A stretch of 64,000 bases of DNA from an uncultured Gemmatimonadota bacterium (GTDB lineage Bacteria > Gemmatimonadota > Gemmatimonadetes > Palauibacterales > Palauibacteraceae), in assembly GCA_964510615.1 (NCBI GenBank), contig CAZEBA010000007.1, positions 33,817 to 97,816 on the forward strand, in the 5' to 3' direction. Positions 45,924 through 55,121 of the stretch are shown here, one piece after another. Position 1 is the stretch's first letter, and every line of letters starts with the position of its first letter. The position numbers were made by a program, and so were the translations under genes. The notes under the pieces were generated by a model. The model was not told the origin of the DNA. It saw only the letters and a list, made by a program, of their open reading frames with translations, and did no database searches.

Positions 45924-48038
45924 CTACTCCTCCGCCTGCTCCTGCTGTTGATTTCGAAGCGCGCTCTCCGCCTGCGCCCGGATGTAGTGCTGGAGCGTGC
46001 CCGCCTGAATCTCCGACAGCCCGCTGAACTGCGGCATGCCCATCTCCCTGCGCCCTCCGCCCAGGACCACCTCGATGAACGCCTCGCGCGAGGGCACGAC
46101 CGCCGACGCCCTCAGGTCGGGGGCCACTCCGCCCGACACGGCCCCGAACCCGTGGCAGAGGGCGCACTTGCCGGCGAACAGCGCCCCTCCGGCCTCGGCC
46201 AGGGCCGGGTCGACGACGAAGTCGGGCGCCTCGATCGGCTCGGGGATGAGCGGCGGCGGTGAGGGCGGCAGCTCCACGTCGCCGCCCAACGCGAACGTGA
46301 CCAGCCGGCGCGGATGCACCCGGTAGGCCCAACCGTGCTGGGCTGCCAGCGACGTTCCGAGCCCGGCCATCGCTCCGCCCCAGCCCACGAGGAGCGAGAC
46401 GTACTGGGTGCCGTCCACCGCGTAAGTGATCGGCGGCGCCGAGACCCCGGAGCCGAGATCATAGCTCCACAGCACCTCTCCGGTGTCGGCGCGATAGGCC
46501 ACGAGCTGTCCGGTCGCGCGGCCTTGGAAGAGCAGATTTCCGGCGGTCGTGAGGGTGCCAGCGTTCCAGACGCCCGGTAGCGGCACCTCCCAGGCAGCCT
46601 GCTGCGCAACCGGATCCCACGCCTTAAGCACGCTGGTCGAGGTCTCGGCCTCGCCGATCGCGACCCCGACGCCGCCGTCGAAGGCCCAGTCGGGCGATTC
46701 CCAGGTCATCACGTCGACGCCCGCGTCCGAGTAGACGGCCCCGACGTCCATCGTCGGCAGGTAGGCGAGGCCCGTCCCCGGGTTGAACGACATCGCGTGC
46801 CAGCTGTGGGCGCCCCACGGGCTCGGGTACACCTCCGCCTCCCCATCCTCGTAGCGGGCGCCGGGGACCTCGACCGGCCGCCCGGTGTCGAGATCGATCT
46901 CCGTCGCCCACGTGGTGCGGGCAAAGGGTTCGGCGGAGATGAGCCGGCCGGTCTCCCGGTCGATCACGTAGAAGAAGCCGTTCTTCGGCGCGTGGAGCAG
47001 CGCCTTGACCTCCCGGCCGCCGATCGTGAGGTCGGCGAGGACGATGTCCATGTTGGAGTTGTAGTCCCAGGCCTCGGCGGGCGTCGTCTGATAGTGCCAG
47101 CGGTACTCGCCGGTATCGGCGTCGAGCGCCACGATCGAGCAGAGGAAGAGGTTGTCGCCCCCCGCGGGGCTTCGGATCTTCGGGTTCCACGGCGCCCCGT
47201 TGCCGGTTCCGAGGTAAATGGCGTCGAGCTCGGGATCGTAGGTGATCCCGTTCCACACCGTGCCCCCGCCGCCGATCTTCCACCACTCGCCGGTCCAGGT
47301 CTCGGCGGCCATCGCCATCGCCTCGTTCTCGAAGCCGTCCACCGGGTTCCCGGGCACCACATACCAGCGCCAAACCTGCTCGCCGGTGGCCGCGTCGTAG
47401 GCCGTCACGTAACCACGGATCGAGCCGAACTCTGTCCCGCCGTTTCCGACGATCACCTTGTCCTTGAACACCCTCGGGGCGCCGGTGATGAAAAGCGGCA
47501 GCTCCGGATCCACCGTCATGCGGCTCCATAGCTCCGTTCCGTCGCTGGCGTCCACCGCGATGAGACGCCCGTCGATCGTGGCTACGTAGACGGCGCCCTT
47601 CCAGAAGGCGATGCCGCGGCTGTAGTCGAACATGATCCGGAGCCGGTCGCCCGCGGTTTCGATCACCTTCGGGTCGTACTCCCAGAGCAGTGCGCCCGTT
47701 TTCGCGTCCACGGCACGGAGGACGTTGTAGCTCCCCTCGTAGTAGAGCGTGCCGTCCACCACCAGCGGCGTGCCGACGAGCGACCGATCGTTCGGCAGGT
47801 CCACGTACCAGGCGACCCCGAGCTCGGAGACGTTGGCGTCGTTCACCTGCGCGAGCGGGCTGTAGCGCTGCTCGCTGTAGTTGCGCCCGTACGCGAGCCA
47901 GTTGTCGCCGCTGCCGACCTCCGCGAGCGCGGCGTCGTCGACCAGGGTCCGGGTCTCGGTGCCGGCCTCCGCGCAGGCGACGAGGCCGATCGTGATCAGG
48001 GCCGTGCCGACGTTCCGCCGGGCTGTGCGCATCGTCAT
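45924..48038 (-). CDS. PQQ-dependent dehydrogenase (methanol/ethanol family beta-propeller) with C-terminal cytochrome c domain (quinohemoprotein), secreted
   Basis: ATG 48038 with GGAGG Shine-Dalgarno. Signal MTMRTARRNVGTALITIGLVACA. Repeated W-docking propeller motifs. C-terminal CALCH heme-binding site (CxxCH). No vicinal Cys-Cys pair seen. Upstream 268 codons of track ORF (to 48842) excluded. Confidence 0.8.
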   Translation of the reverse strand: MTMRTARRNVGTALITIGLVACAEAGTETRTLVDDAALAEVGSGDNWLAYGRNYSEQRYSPLAQVNDANVSELGVAWYVDLPNDRSLVGTPLVVDGTLYYEGSYNVLRAVDAKTGALLWEYDPKVIETAGDRLRIMFDYSRGIAFWKGAVYVATIDGRLIAVDASDGTELWSRMTVDPELPLFITGAPRVFKDKVIVGNGGTEFGSIRGYVTAYDAATGEQVWRWYVVPGNPVDGFENEAMAMAAETWTGEWWKIGGGGTVWNGITYDPELDAIYLGTGNGAPWNPKIRSPAGGDNLFLCSIVALDADTGEYRWHYQTTPAEAWDYNSNMDIVLADLTIGGREVKALLHAPKNGFFYVIDRETGRLISAEPFARTTWATEIDLDTGRPVEVPGARYEDGEAEVYPSPWGAHSWHAMSFNPGTGLAYLPTMDVGAVYSDAGVDVMTWESPDWAFDGGVGVAIGEAETSTSVLKAWDPVAQQAAWEVPLPGVWNAGTLTTAGNLLFQGRATGQLVAYRADTGEVLWSYDLGSGVSAPPITYAVDGTQYVSLLVGWGGAMAGLGTSLAAQHGWAYRVHPRRLVTFALGGDVELPPSPPPLIPEPIEAPDFVVDPALAEAGGALFAGKCALCHGFGAVSGGVAPDLRASAVVPSREAFIEVVLGGGRREMGMPQFSGLSEIQAGTLQHYIRAQAESALRNQQQEQAEE

Positions 48039-48565
48039 GCCTCCTGGGTGGGTTCTCCGAATCGGAAGGCGCCGGGGAAGTCGGGCGCCACCTGCTTGTG
48101 CTTGCCGCTCCACGCCTCGACGTCGATCCGTATCACCGACGTCCGCTCCATCTCCTCGGCCGTGATCGGACGGTAGTCCCGGCCGGGCCGCAAATGCGGA
48201 GCGTACTTGTCGAGGAGCCGCTGAAGCCCTTCCTCGGCCTCCGCCGGGTCCACGACGATGCACGCCGTGCCGAAGGCGACCACGCCGGAATACTCCACGC
48301 TGAACTCGAGGGCGGTCGGAGCCGGAAGGAGCCGGCCCATCTCGTAGGCCGTGAAGGCGACCCGACGGTCGCCCTCGATGTTGCTTCGCGTCCGGCCGGA
48401 GCGGGCCGTGTGGATGAAGATCGCGTGCCGGGACGGGTCGTAGGCGAAGAGGTTCGAGTTCAGGAACGGTTGTCCGTCGCTGACCGTCGCCACCACGCCG
48501 ACGGGCGCCGCCGCCAGGAAGTCGCGGATCCAGGCCTCGTCCATCGCCCGGTCGTGGCGGCGCAT
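48035..48565 (-). CDS. pyridoxamine 5'-phosphate oxidase-family (FMN-binding split-barrel) protein
   Basis: ...MDEAWIRDFLAAAPVGVVATVSDGQPFLNSNLFAYDPSRHAIFIHTARSGRTRSNIEGDRRVAFTAYEMGR... is a PNPOx-like pattern. Its stop overlaps the PQQ-dehydrogenase start (ATGA), so the two are translationally coupled. Start at 48565 or 48544. Confidence 0.6.
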   Translation of the reverse strand: MRRHDRAMDEAWIRDFLAAAPVGVVATVSDGQPFLNSNLFAYDPSRHAIFIHTARSGRTRSNIEGDRRVAFTAYEMGRLLPAPTALEFSVEYSGVVAFGTACIVVDPAEAEEGLQRLLDKYAPHLRPGRDYRPITAEEMERTSVIRIDVEAWSGKHKQVAPDFPGAFRFGEPTQEA

Positions 48566-48804
48566 GCGGGTGGCTTCTTCCACTGCCTTCCTCCTGCGGC
48601 CCGTGGAGGAGATCCACCGCCCCGCCTGGCGAGGCGCGGATCGCGTCGTGAAGCGCCCAGTATGCTCCGCCGGGCGGAGGCCCGGCAAGCGGTGGCGGGG
48701 GCCCGTCCCGCCGCTCTTGCTTCTCGCCCATTGGCCCGCCATCTGAGAGCTGTCGGGTCCAACGGAAAGATGGAACCGAGGGACGGTGGACGAGGAGGCG
48801 CCCC

Positions 48805-50019
48805 GTGCTGAGAGGCACGCCGTTCCATCCCAGGACAGCCACCCTGTGTCAGGCGCAGAACTGGCGCCGCTGGGCCGGCTTCGTTGTCGCCGGCTCCTAC
48901 GAGCTGCTCCATGACCGCGAATACTTCGCCATCCGCACTGCGGCCGCGCTGATCGATGTCTCGCCCCTGCACAAGTACTACCTGACCGGTCGCGACGCGG
49001 AGCGATGCCTGAACCGGCTGGTGCCGCGTGATGTGTCGCGGTGCGCGGTCGGCCAGGTGCTCTACACGCCCTGGTGCGACGAGGAAGGCAAGGTCATCGA
49101 CGACGGGACGCTCGCCCGGCTGGACACGGACGCGTTTCGGCTCACCGCGGCGGAGCCGAACCTGCGCTGGCTGCAGGATGTCGGAGCCGGGCTGTCGGTG
49201 TCGATCGGTGACGTCACGGACTCGTTGGCGGCGGTGGCGCTGCAGGGTCCTCGTTCGCGCGACATCCTGCAGCGGATCTCCGATGCGGACCTGGCCGGGC
49301 TCCGCTTCTTCCGGCTCATCCATGCCCGGGTGGCCGGCATCCCCGCCACGATCTCGCGCACCGGCTATACGGGCGACCTCGGATATGAGCTCTGGGTCGA
49401 CGCGGCCCGGGCGCTGGATCTGTGGGACCGTCTGGTGGAGGCGGGGCGCGGGCACGGCCTGCTGCCGGCGGGTATCCTGGCTCTCGACGTGGCGAGGATC
49501 GAGGCGGGATTGCCGCTCATCGACGTCGACTACATCCCGGCCAACAAGGCATTGATCGAGGATCGCAAGTCCTCGCCCTACGAGCTGGATCTCGGCTGGA
49601 CGGTCGACCTCGGAAAGGGATCGTTCGTTGGGCAGCGGGCGCTGGCTGCGGAACGGGCGCGGGAGCCGGCCTGGAAGTTCCGGGGCCTGGAGGTCGAGTG
49701 GGACTCGCTGGAGCGGCTGTACGCACAGGTCGGGCTTCCCACCGAGGTGCCCGCCGTCGCCTGGCGCACGTCGGTCCCGGTGTACTCGGGTGATGAGCAG
49801 GTCGGATACGCGACCAGCGGCTGCTGGTCGCCGATCCTCAAGCGCTACATCGCCCTGGCGCACGTCCGCGCCCGGTGGGCCGAGCCGGGGACCGCCGTCG
49901 AGATGGAGGTGACGGTCGAGCACCGGAGACAGCGGGCCGCGGCGAAGGTGGTGCGGAAGCCGTTCTACGACCCGCCACGCAAGCGGTCCGTGGCGGAAGC
50001 CGCGGCGGCGGGTTCGTGA
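48805..50019 (+). CDS. GcvT-family aminomethyltransferase-like (folate-binding) protein
   Basis: GTG start. ...AALIDVSPLHKYYLTGRDAERCLNRLVPRDVS... and ...TGYTGDLGYELWVDAARALDLWDRLVEAG... are typical of GcvT/DmdA/DMGDH C-domains. Confidence 0.75.
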   Translation: MLRGTPFHPRTATLCQAQNWRRWAGFVVAGSYELLHDREYFAIRTAAALIDVSPLHKYYLTGRDAERCLNRLVPRDVSRCAVGQVLYTPWCDEEGKVIDDGTLARLDTDAFRLTAAEPNLRWLQDVGAGLSVSIGDVTDSLAAVALQGPRSRDILQRISDADLAGLRFFRLIHARVAGIPATISRTGYTGDLGYELWVDAARALDLWDRLVEAGRGHGLLPAGILALDVARIEAGLPLIDVDYIPANKALIEDRKSSPYELDLGWTVDLGKGSFVGQRALAAERAREPAWKFRGLEVEWDSLERLYAQVGLPTEVPAVAWRTSVPVYSGDEQVGYATSGCWSPILKRYIALAHVRARWAEPGTAVEMEVTVEHRRQRAAAKVVRKPFYDPPRKRSVAEAAAAGS

Positions 50020-51626
50020 GCCGCACCGGGCACGTGAGTCGCGCCCGGTACGACGCCGTCATCGTCGGCGGGGGCCACAACGGTCTGGTGAACGCGGCCT
50101 ATCTGGCACGAGCGGGACTCAGGGTGTTGGTGCTCGAGCGACGGCATGTGCTCGGTGGCTCGGCCGTGACCGAGGAGATCTGTCCCGGCTTCAAGTACTC
50201 GGTGTGCTCCTACGTCGTCAGCCTGCTGCGACCCGAGATCATCCGGGATCTGGAGCTGGCGAGGCACGGCCTCGAGATCCTGCCGCTGGAGAGCACGTTC
50301 ACTCCCCTCCCGAACGGGGACCACCTGATCCGGTGGGCCGATCACGACCTGACGCGGCGCGAGCTCTACCGGCACTCGGCGCGCGACGCGGAGGCCTACG
50401 ACGAGTTCGGCCGGCTGATGGTCCAGCTGGCCATGGCCGTGAAGCCGATCATCGGCATGACCCCTCCCGATCCCGGCTCGCTGCGCCCGGCGAACCTGGC
50501 CCGCATGGCCGGGCTCGGGCGCCACCTGCGCGGCCTGGGCGGTGAGCGGCTGGCCTGGCTCGTGAAGCTGATGACGATGAGCTCCGCCGACTTTCTCGAT
50601 GAGTGGTTCGAGACCGAGGCGCTCAAGGCCACCATGTCGGCGAGCGGGATCATCGGGACGTTTCTCGGCCCGAGATCGCCCGGCACCGCCTACGTGCTTC
50701 TTCACCACTACATGGGCGAGATCGACGGCGTCTTCCGCTCCTGGGGGTTCGCCCGAGGCGGAACGGGCGCGGTGAGCGAGGCTGTCGCCTCCGCTGCCCG
50801 GAGCCTGGGAGCCGAGATCCGCACCGAAGCGCCGGTCGTCCAGGTTCGGACCAAGGGCGGGCGGGCGGTCGGCGTCGCGCTCGAGAGTGGCGAGGAGATC
50901 GATGCGGCCGTGGTGGTCTCCGCCCTGGATCCGAAGCGGACCTTTCTCGGGCTGGTGGAGCCCGGCCTGCTGCCGGCCGAGTTCGTGGATGCGATCCGCC
51001 GTTTCCGGATCCGCGGCTCGTCCGGCAAGGTGAACCTGGCGCTGAGCGGACTTCCCACTTTCACGGCGCGCCCGGACGACGGGCCGCACCTCCGCGGCGC
51101 GATCTCGATCAGCCCGAGCGTCGAGTACCTGGAGCGCGCCTACGACGATGCGAAATACGGCGAGTTCTCGCGGCGCCCCTACCTGGACGTCGTCATTCCC
51201 TCGATGATCGATCCCGGCATGGCGCCTCCCGGCCGGCACGTGATGTCGATCTTCGTGCAGTACGCGCCCTACCAGCTGAACGGCGGCTGGAACGCCGAAC
51301 GCCGGGAGGCGTTCGGTGACACGGTCATCGACACCCTGTGCGAGTACGCGCCGAACCTGCGGGATCTGATCGTCCACCGGCAGGTGCTGACGCCGGCCGA
51401 TCTCGAAGAAACGTTCGGTCTCACGGAGGGAAACATCTTCCACGGCGAGCTCTCCCTCCAACAGCTGTTCTTCCTCCGCCCGGCGCCCTCGTGGGCGGAC
51501 TACCGCACGCCGCTGGCGAACCTCTATCAGTGCGGCTCCGGCACCCACCCGGGAGGGGGCGTCTGCGGCGCGTCGGGCTGGCTGGCGGCCGAGGCGGTGC
51601 TGCGGGCGAAGGGGAGGCGGGCATGA
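50016..51626 (+). CDS. NAD(P)/FAD-dependent oxidoreductase, phytoene-desaturase (CrtI)/amine-oxidase family, copy 1
   Basis: ...ARYDAVIVGGGHNGLVNAAYLARAGLRVLVLERRHVLGG... dinucleotide-binding motif and C-terminal ...LYQCGSGTHPGGGVCGASG.... GTG 50016 overlaps the GcvT-like stop (GTGA); GTG 50034 is an alternative start. Confidence 0.8.
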   Translation: MSRTGHVSRARYDAVIVGGGHNGLVNAAYLARAGLRVLVLERRHVLGGSAVTEEICPGFKYSVCSYVVSLLRPEIIRDLELARHGLEILPLESTFTPLPNGDHLIRWADHDLTRRELYRHSARDAEAYDEFGRLMVQLAMAVKPIIGMTPPDPGSLRPANLARMAGLGRHLRGLGGERLAWLVKLMTMSSADFLDEWFETEALKATMSASGIIGTFLGPRSPGTAYVLLHHYMGEIDGVFRSWGFARGGTGAVSEAVASAARSLGAEIRTEAPVVQVRTKGGRAVGVALESGEEIDAAVVVSALDPKRTFLGLVEPGLLPAEFVDAIRRFRIRGSSGKVNLALSGLPTFTARPDDGPHLRGAISISPSVEYLERAYDDAKYGEFSRRPYLDVVIPSMIDPGMAPPGRHVMSIFVQYAPYQLNGGWNAERREAFGDTVIDTLCEYAPNLRDLIVHRQVLTPADLEETFGLTEGNIFHGELSLQQLFFLRPAPSWADYRTPLANLYQCGSGTHPGGGVCGASGWLAAEAVLRAKGRRA

Positions 51627-51687
51627 GCGGGGTGGCGGGCCGGATGAACGTGCCGGCGGGGTCGGGTCGTCGGCCGAAGAGGCGCGC

Positions 51688-53325
51688 ATGAGCCGAGCGT
51701 ACGACGTCGTGATAGTGGGTGCCGGCCACAACGGGTTGACCTGTGCGGCCTACCTCGCGCGCGCGGGCCTCGACGTGCTCGTTCTCGAGCGGCGCGAGGT
51801 CGTGGGCGGGGCCGCCACCACCGAGGAGCTCTTCCCCGGCTTCCGATTCGAGGTCTGCGCGCACCGGGTCGCGGGAATGCATCCCGATCTCATCCGCGAC
51901 CTCGACCTCGTGCGCCACGGGCTGACGCTTCGCCGCCCGGATCCACCCGTCTTCCAACCGCTCCGCGCCGGGGGCGGCCTGGTCGTATGGCGCGATCCGG
52001 CCAGGACGGTCGAGGAGATCCGACGCCACTCCCCCGCCGACGCCTCGCGTTGGCACCGATTCGGGACCGCCATGAGACCCGCCCTGGCCTTCCTCGAGCG
52101 TCTGCGGGCGGCGAGCCCGCCGCAGCTGCCGCCCGGCTCCGCCGGAGAGACGCTGGACTTCGTTCGGCTAGCCTCGGGGCTGCGGCGGCTGGGCCGCCGC
52201 GAGATGACGGAGGTGCTACGCCTCCTGCCGATGTCGGCCGCCGACCTGCTGGACGAGTGGTTCGAATGCGAACCGCTGCGGGGCCTGCTGGGTGCCATCG
52301 GCGTGACGGGCGTGTTTCTCGGTCCGCGGGCGGCGGGCACGGCCCATCTGTTGTTGGGCGGTCTGACGCCGGGTCCGGAGGTGCTCCGTCCGACGGAGCT
52401 GGTGGCCGGCGGCATCGGCCGGCTGACCGAGGCCCTGGCGGGGGCGGCCCGGACGGCAGGTGCCACGATCCGGACCGGTGCCGACGTGGAGCGGGTCCGC
52501 GTCGCCGGTTCGGAGGTGGCCGGCGTCGTCCTGTGCGGTGGCGAGGAGATCGCCGCCCGCTGCGTCGTCTCCAACGCTGACCCGAAGCGCACGTTCCTCG
52601 GTCTGGTCGAGCCCACCGAGCTGGAGCCGGCCTTCGTGCGGCGGGTCCGGGCCATCCGCATGCGGGGTGCGTTCGCCAAGGTGCACCTGGCGTTGGCCGG
52701 GCTGCCCCGTTTCACCGGCGTGGAGGCCGAGCCGGGGCTGCTCGGCGGCGTGATCCGCATCAGCCCCGGGATCGACTACCTGGAGCGGGCCTACGACGAT
52801 GCGAAGTACGGGCAGGTCTCGCGGCGCCCCTACCTCGAGGCCGTCATCCCCTCCCTCACGGACCCTGGCCTCGCGCCGCCGGGCCGGCACGTCATGTCTA
52901 TCTATGTCCAGTACGCCCCCTACGAGGTGAAGGACGGAGCATGGGATGCCGAGACCGCGGAGGCGCTGGTGGATCGCGTCGTCGAGACGCTCTCGGAGTA
53001 CGCCCCCGACCTCCCCGGCGCGATCCTCCACAGGCACGTAACGACGCCGGCGGACCTGGAGGCGGTCCACGGTCTGACGGGCGGATGTGCCTCGCACGGC
53101 GAGATGGCGCTCGATCAGCTTTTCTTCATGCGTCCGCTTCCGGGCTGGGCCAGATACGAGACGCCCATCCGGGGTCTCTACCTGTGCGGGGCCGGGACGC
53201 ACCCGGGGGGCGGCGTCACCGGCGCGCCGGGGCACCATGCCGCTCGCGCCCTCCTTCGAGGGACGACGCTCCGCGGCCGGAAGCGCTCGCGCCGGCGCCC
53301 TATTCCCGCGTCAGGGGCCGCGTGA
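51688..53325 (+). CDS. NAD(P)/FAD-dependent oxidoreductase, phytoene-desaturase (CrtI)/amine-oxidase family, copy 2 (tandem paralog)
   Basis: MSRAYDVVIVGAGHNGLTCAAYLARAGLDVLVLERREVVGG... and ...LYLCGAGTHPGGGVTGAPG.... About 45-50% identical to copy 1 by eye. Confidence 0.8.
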   Translation: MSRAYDVVIVGAGHNGLTCAAYLARAGLDVLVLERREVVGGAATTEELFPGFRFEVCAHRVAGMHPDLIRDLDLVRHGLTLRRPDPPVFQPLRAGGGLVVWRDPARTVEEIRRHSPADASRWHRFGTAMRPALAFLERLRAASPPQLPPGSAGETLDFVRLASGLRRLGRREMTEVLRLLPMSAADLLDEWFECEPLRGLLGAIGVTGVFLGPRAAGTAHLLLGGLTPGPEVLRPTELVAGGIGRLTEALAGAARTAGATIRTGADVERVRVAGSEVAGVVLCGGEEIAARCVVSNADPKRTFLGLVEPTELEPAFVRRVRAIRMRGAFAKVHLALAGLPRFTGVEAEPGLLGGVIRISPGIDYLERAYDDAKYGQVSRRPYLEAVIPSLTDPGLAPPGRHVMSIYVQYAPYEVKDGAWDAETAEALVDRVVETLSEYAPDLPGAILHRHVTTPADLEAVHGLTGGCASHGEMALDQLFFMRPLPGWARYETPIRGLYLCGAGTHPGGGVTGAPGHHAARALLRGTTLRGRKRSRRRPIPASGAA

Positions 53326-54175
53326 GGCAGGTCGGCCCTCCGCGCCCCTTGAGGCAGACCTCTGCGCCCGGGAAGGTCAGCACCTCCACGCCCGCGGCCT
53401 CGAGGCGGGAGCGCGTGACCGGGTTGCCGGCGACGGCCAGACACCTCCGGGGACCGAGGGCGAGGACGTTGCAGCCGAGGGAGCCGAACTCCTCCTCCGG
53501 TGTCTCGACCAACCACACCCCCCTTCGCAGCAGCCATTCCCGAAACGGGATCGGAAGAAGCGGGGAGTAGACGAGCGCCAGATCCCGATCGATCGGGCTC
53601 AGCACGGACATCAGGTGAAAGACGTCCCCCGGGCCGCGGTGGTGCGGGAGCGGGACGACCACCAGCTCATCGACGCTCCCGTAGAGGAACCCGCGCAGCT
53701 GCCGGATGCCCTCTTCGTTCGTGCGGTAGCTGCGGCCCACGGCCAGCGTCCGCTCGTCGAGCCACACTACGTCTCCACCCTCGAGGATTCCGTCTCCGCT
53801 CACCTGACCGCGGATCCGGATCCCCCACTCCCGTGCCGCTCGCCCGAGCGCGGACGGTTCGGCCTCGCGCGCGGCCTTCCCCATGTTGCAGAGAACGAGT
53901 CCCTCGTTCGTCGCGACGGCCGCATCGCGAACGTAGAGGGAATCGAGGCCCACCGACTCCTCCCGCGGCAGGAACAGGAGCTCGATGCCGGCCGCTTCGA
54001 GCCGCTCCACCAGCGCCTGGTACTCGTCGATCGCGCGCCGAAAGTCGGGCCGGCTCTCATAGCGGAGGCCGCGCCACTGTCGCGCGATCGCCAGATCGCT
54101 GACGAAGGCGTCGTCCGGGCGCTTGAGGATGAGGCTCCGTATGCGGCCGGTCTCCGACTGGCTGCCGCTGGTCAT
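53300..54175 (-). CDS. amidinotransferase-superfamily protein (dimethylarginine dimethylaminohydrolase / arginine deiminase-like)
   Basis: MTSGSQSETGRIRSLILKRPDDAFV...LDSLYVRDAAVATNEGLVLCNMGKAARE...LHLMSVLSPID...C-terminal ...GGPTCLTRPLTRE (conserved Cys nucleophile region). Start at internal ATG 54175 of track ORF. Confidence 0.6.
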   Translation of the reverse strand: MTSGSQSETGRIRSLILKRPDDAFVSDLAIARQWRGLRYESRPDFRRAIDEYQALVERLEAAGIELLFLPREESVGLDSLYVRDAAVATNEGLVLCNMGKAAREAEPSALGRAAREWGIRIRGQVSGDGILEGGDVVWLDERTLAVGRSYRTNEEGIRQLRGFLYGSVDELVVVPLPHHRGPGDVFHLMSVLSPIDRDLALVYSPLLPIPFREWLLRRGVWLVETPEEEFGSLGCNVLALGPRRCLAVAGNPVTRSRLEAAGVEVLTFPGAEVCLKGRGGPTCLTRPLTRE

Positions 54176-54306
54176 GTCCGACGATGTAGCGGCCCGCCCG
54201 GCGGGAGGACAGGGAGGGCGGCAGATCGGCGGGATTGCCCGGCAGGCCAAGCTGCTCATACCGTGGGGAACTATCGCGACCCCGTCCCATCCGAAGGAGG
54301 TGCTCA

Positions 54307-55065
54307 ATGTTTTGGAGATGGACCCTTGCGGCCACCATCTGCATGCTGTTGGTGCCGCTTTCCGCCTTCGCGCAGGAGGAGGAGCCCGATCCGGCCGTGT
54401 TCGGGACCTACTTCCACTGCAACGAGGCGAGAGAGGCGCGCGCCGACACGGTCGTTTCCGCCAGCCTGGCGCCGATCATGGATCGGCACATGGAAGCCGG
54501 CCACATCAACGCCTGGGGTTGGTACGCGCACCACACCGGCGGCCACTGGCGCCGCCTGCTCTACATGGTGGGGGCCGACGTACCCTCGGTGATGTCCGCG
54601 CGCGATGCGATCATCGACGACATGATCGCGGAGGCTGCCGACGCCTCGGCGGAGCTCACGGAGATTTGCCCCTCGCACGACGACTACGTGTGGGAGGTCG
54701 CGGCCGCCTCGGATCCGACCCTCGCGCAGGGCCGGCCGGCGGTCGCCCTGTCGACGTACATGGTCTGCGACTTCACGGAGGAAGAGCGGGCATCCGAGAT
54801 CGTGGAGGAGCAGCTGGCGGACGTCTACAACAAGCACGTGGCACAGGGGACGATCACCGGCTGGAGCTGGCTCGAGCACAACATCGGCGGCCAGTATCGC
54901 CGTATCTCGGTCATCGATGCGGCCGACCTGAGCTCGCTGCTGGCGGCCCGGACGGCGATCTTCGCGGACCTGTTCGAGGAGGCGCCGCTGGCCATGAACA
55001 CCTTCAGCGAGATCTGCGACTCGCACACCGATTACATCTGGGAGATGCAGATCACCAGGCCGTAG
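54307..55065 (+). CDS. secreted protein of unknown function, internally duplicated domain (paralog 2)
   Basis: Signal MFWRWTLAATICMLLVPLSAFAQ. Halves end in EICPSHDDYVWEV and EICDSHTDYIWEM. Shares FGTYFHCNEAREARADT..., GW(Y/S)W..H..GG.(W/Y)RR with 38702..39454. Confidence 0.65.
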   Translation: MFWRWTLAATICMLLVPLSAFAQEEEPDPAVFGTYFHCNEAREARADTVVSASLAPIMDRHMEAGHINAWGWYAHHTGGHWRRLLYMVGADVPSVMSARDAIIDDMIAEAADASAELTEICPSHDDYVWEVAAASDPTLAQGRPAVALSTYMVCDFTEEERASEIVEEQLADVYNKHVAQGTITGWSWLEHNIGGQYRRISVIDAADLSSLLAARTAIFADLFEEAPLAMNTFSEICDSHTDYIWEMQITRP

Positions 55066-55121
55066 CGGGCCAACTGGGCTTTCAATCCGGGAGCCTCGCT
55101 CAGGCGGGGCTCCACCGCCTC

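Noticed and set aside
50603-52760. Numerous 100-340-aa ORFs overlapping the two flavoprotein genes (e.g. 51750..52760 minus, 50603..51319 plus)
   Set aside because: Alternate-frame or antisense. Arg/Ser/Pro-rich. The sense frames carry canonical FAD-binding GxGxxG motifs.
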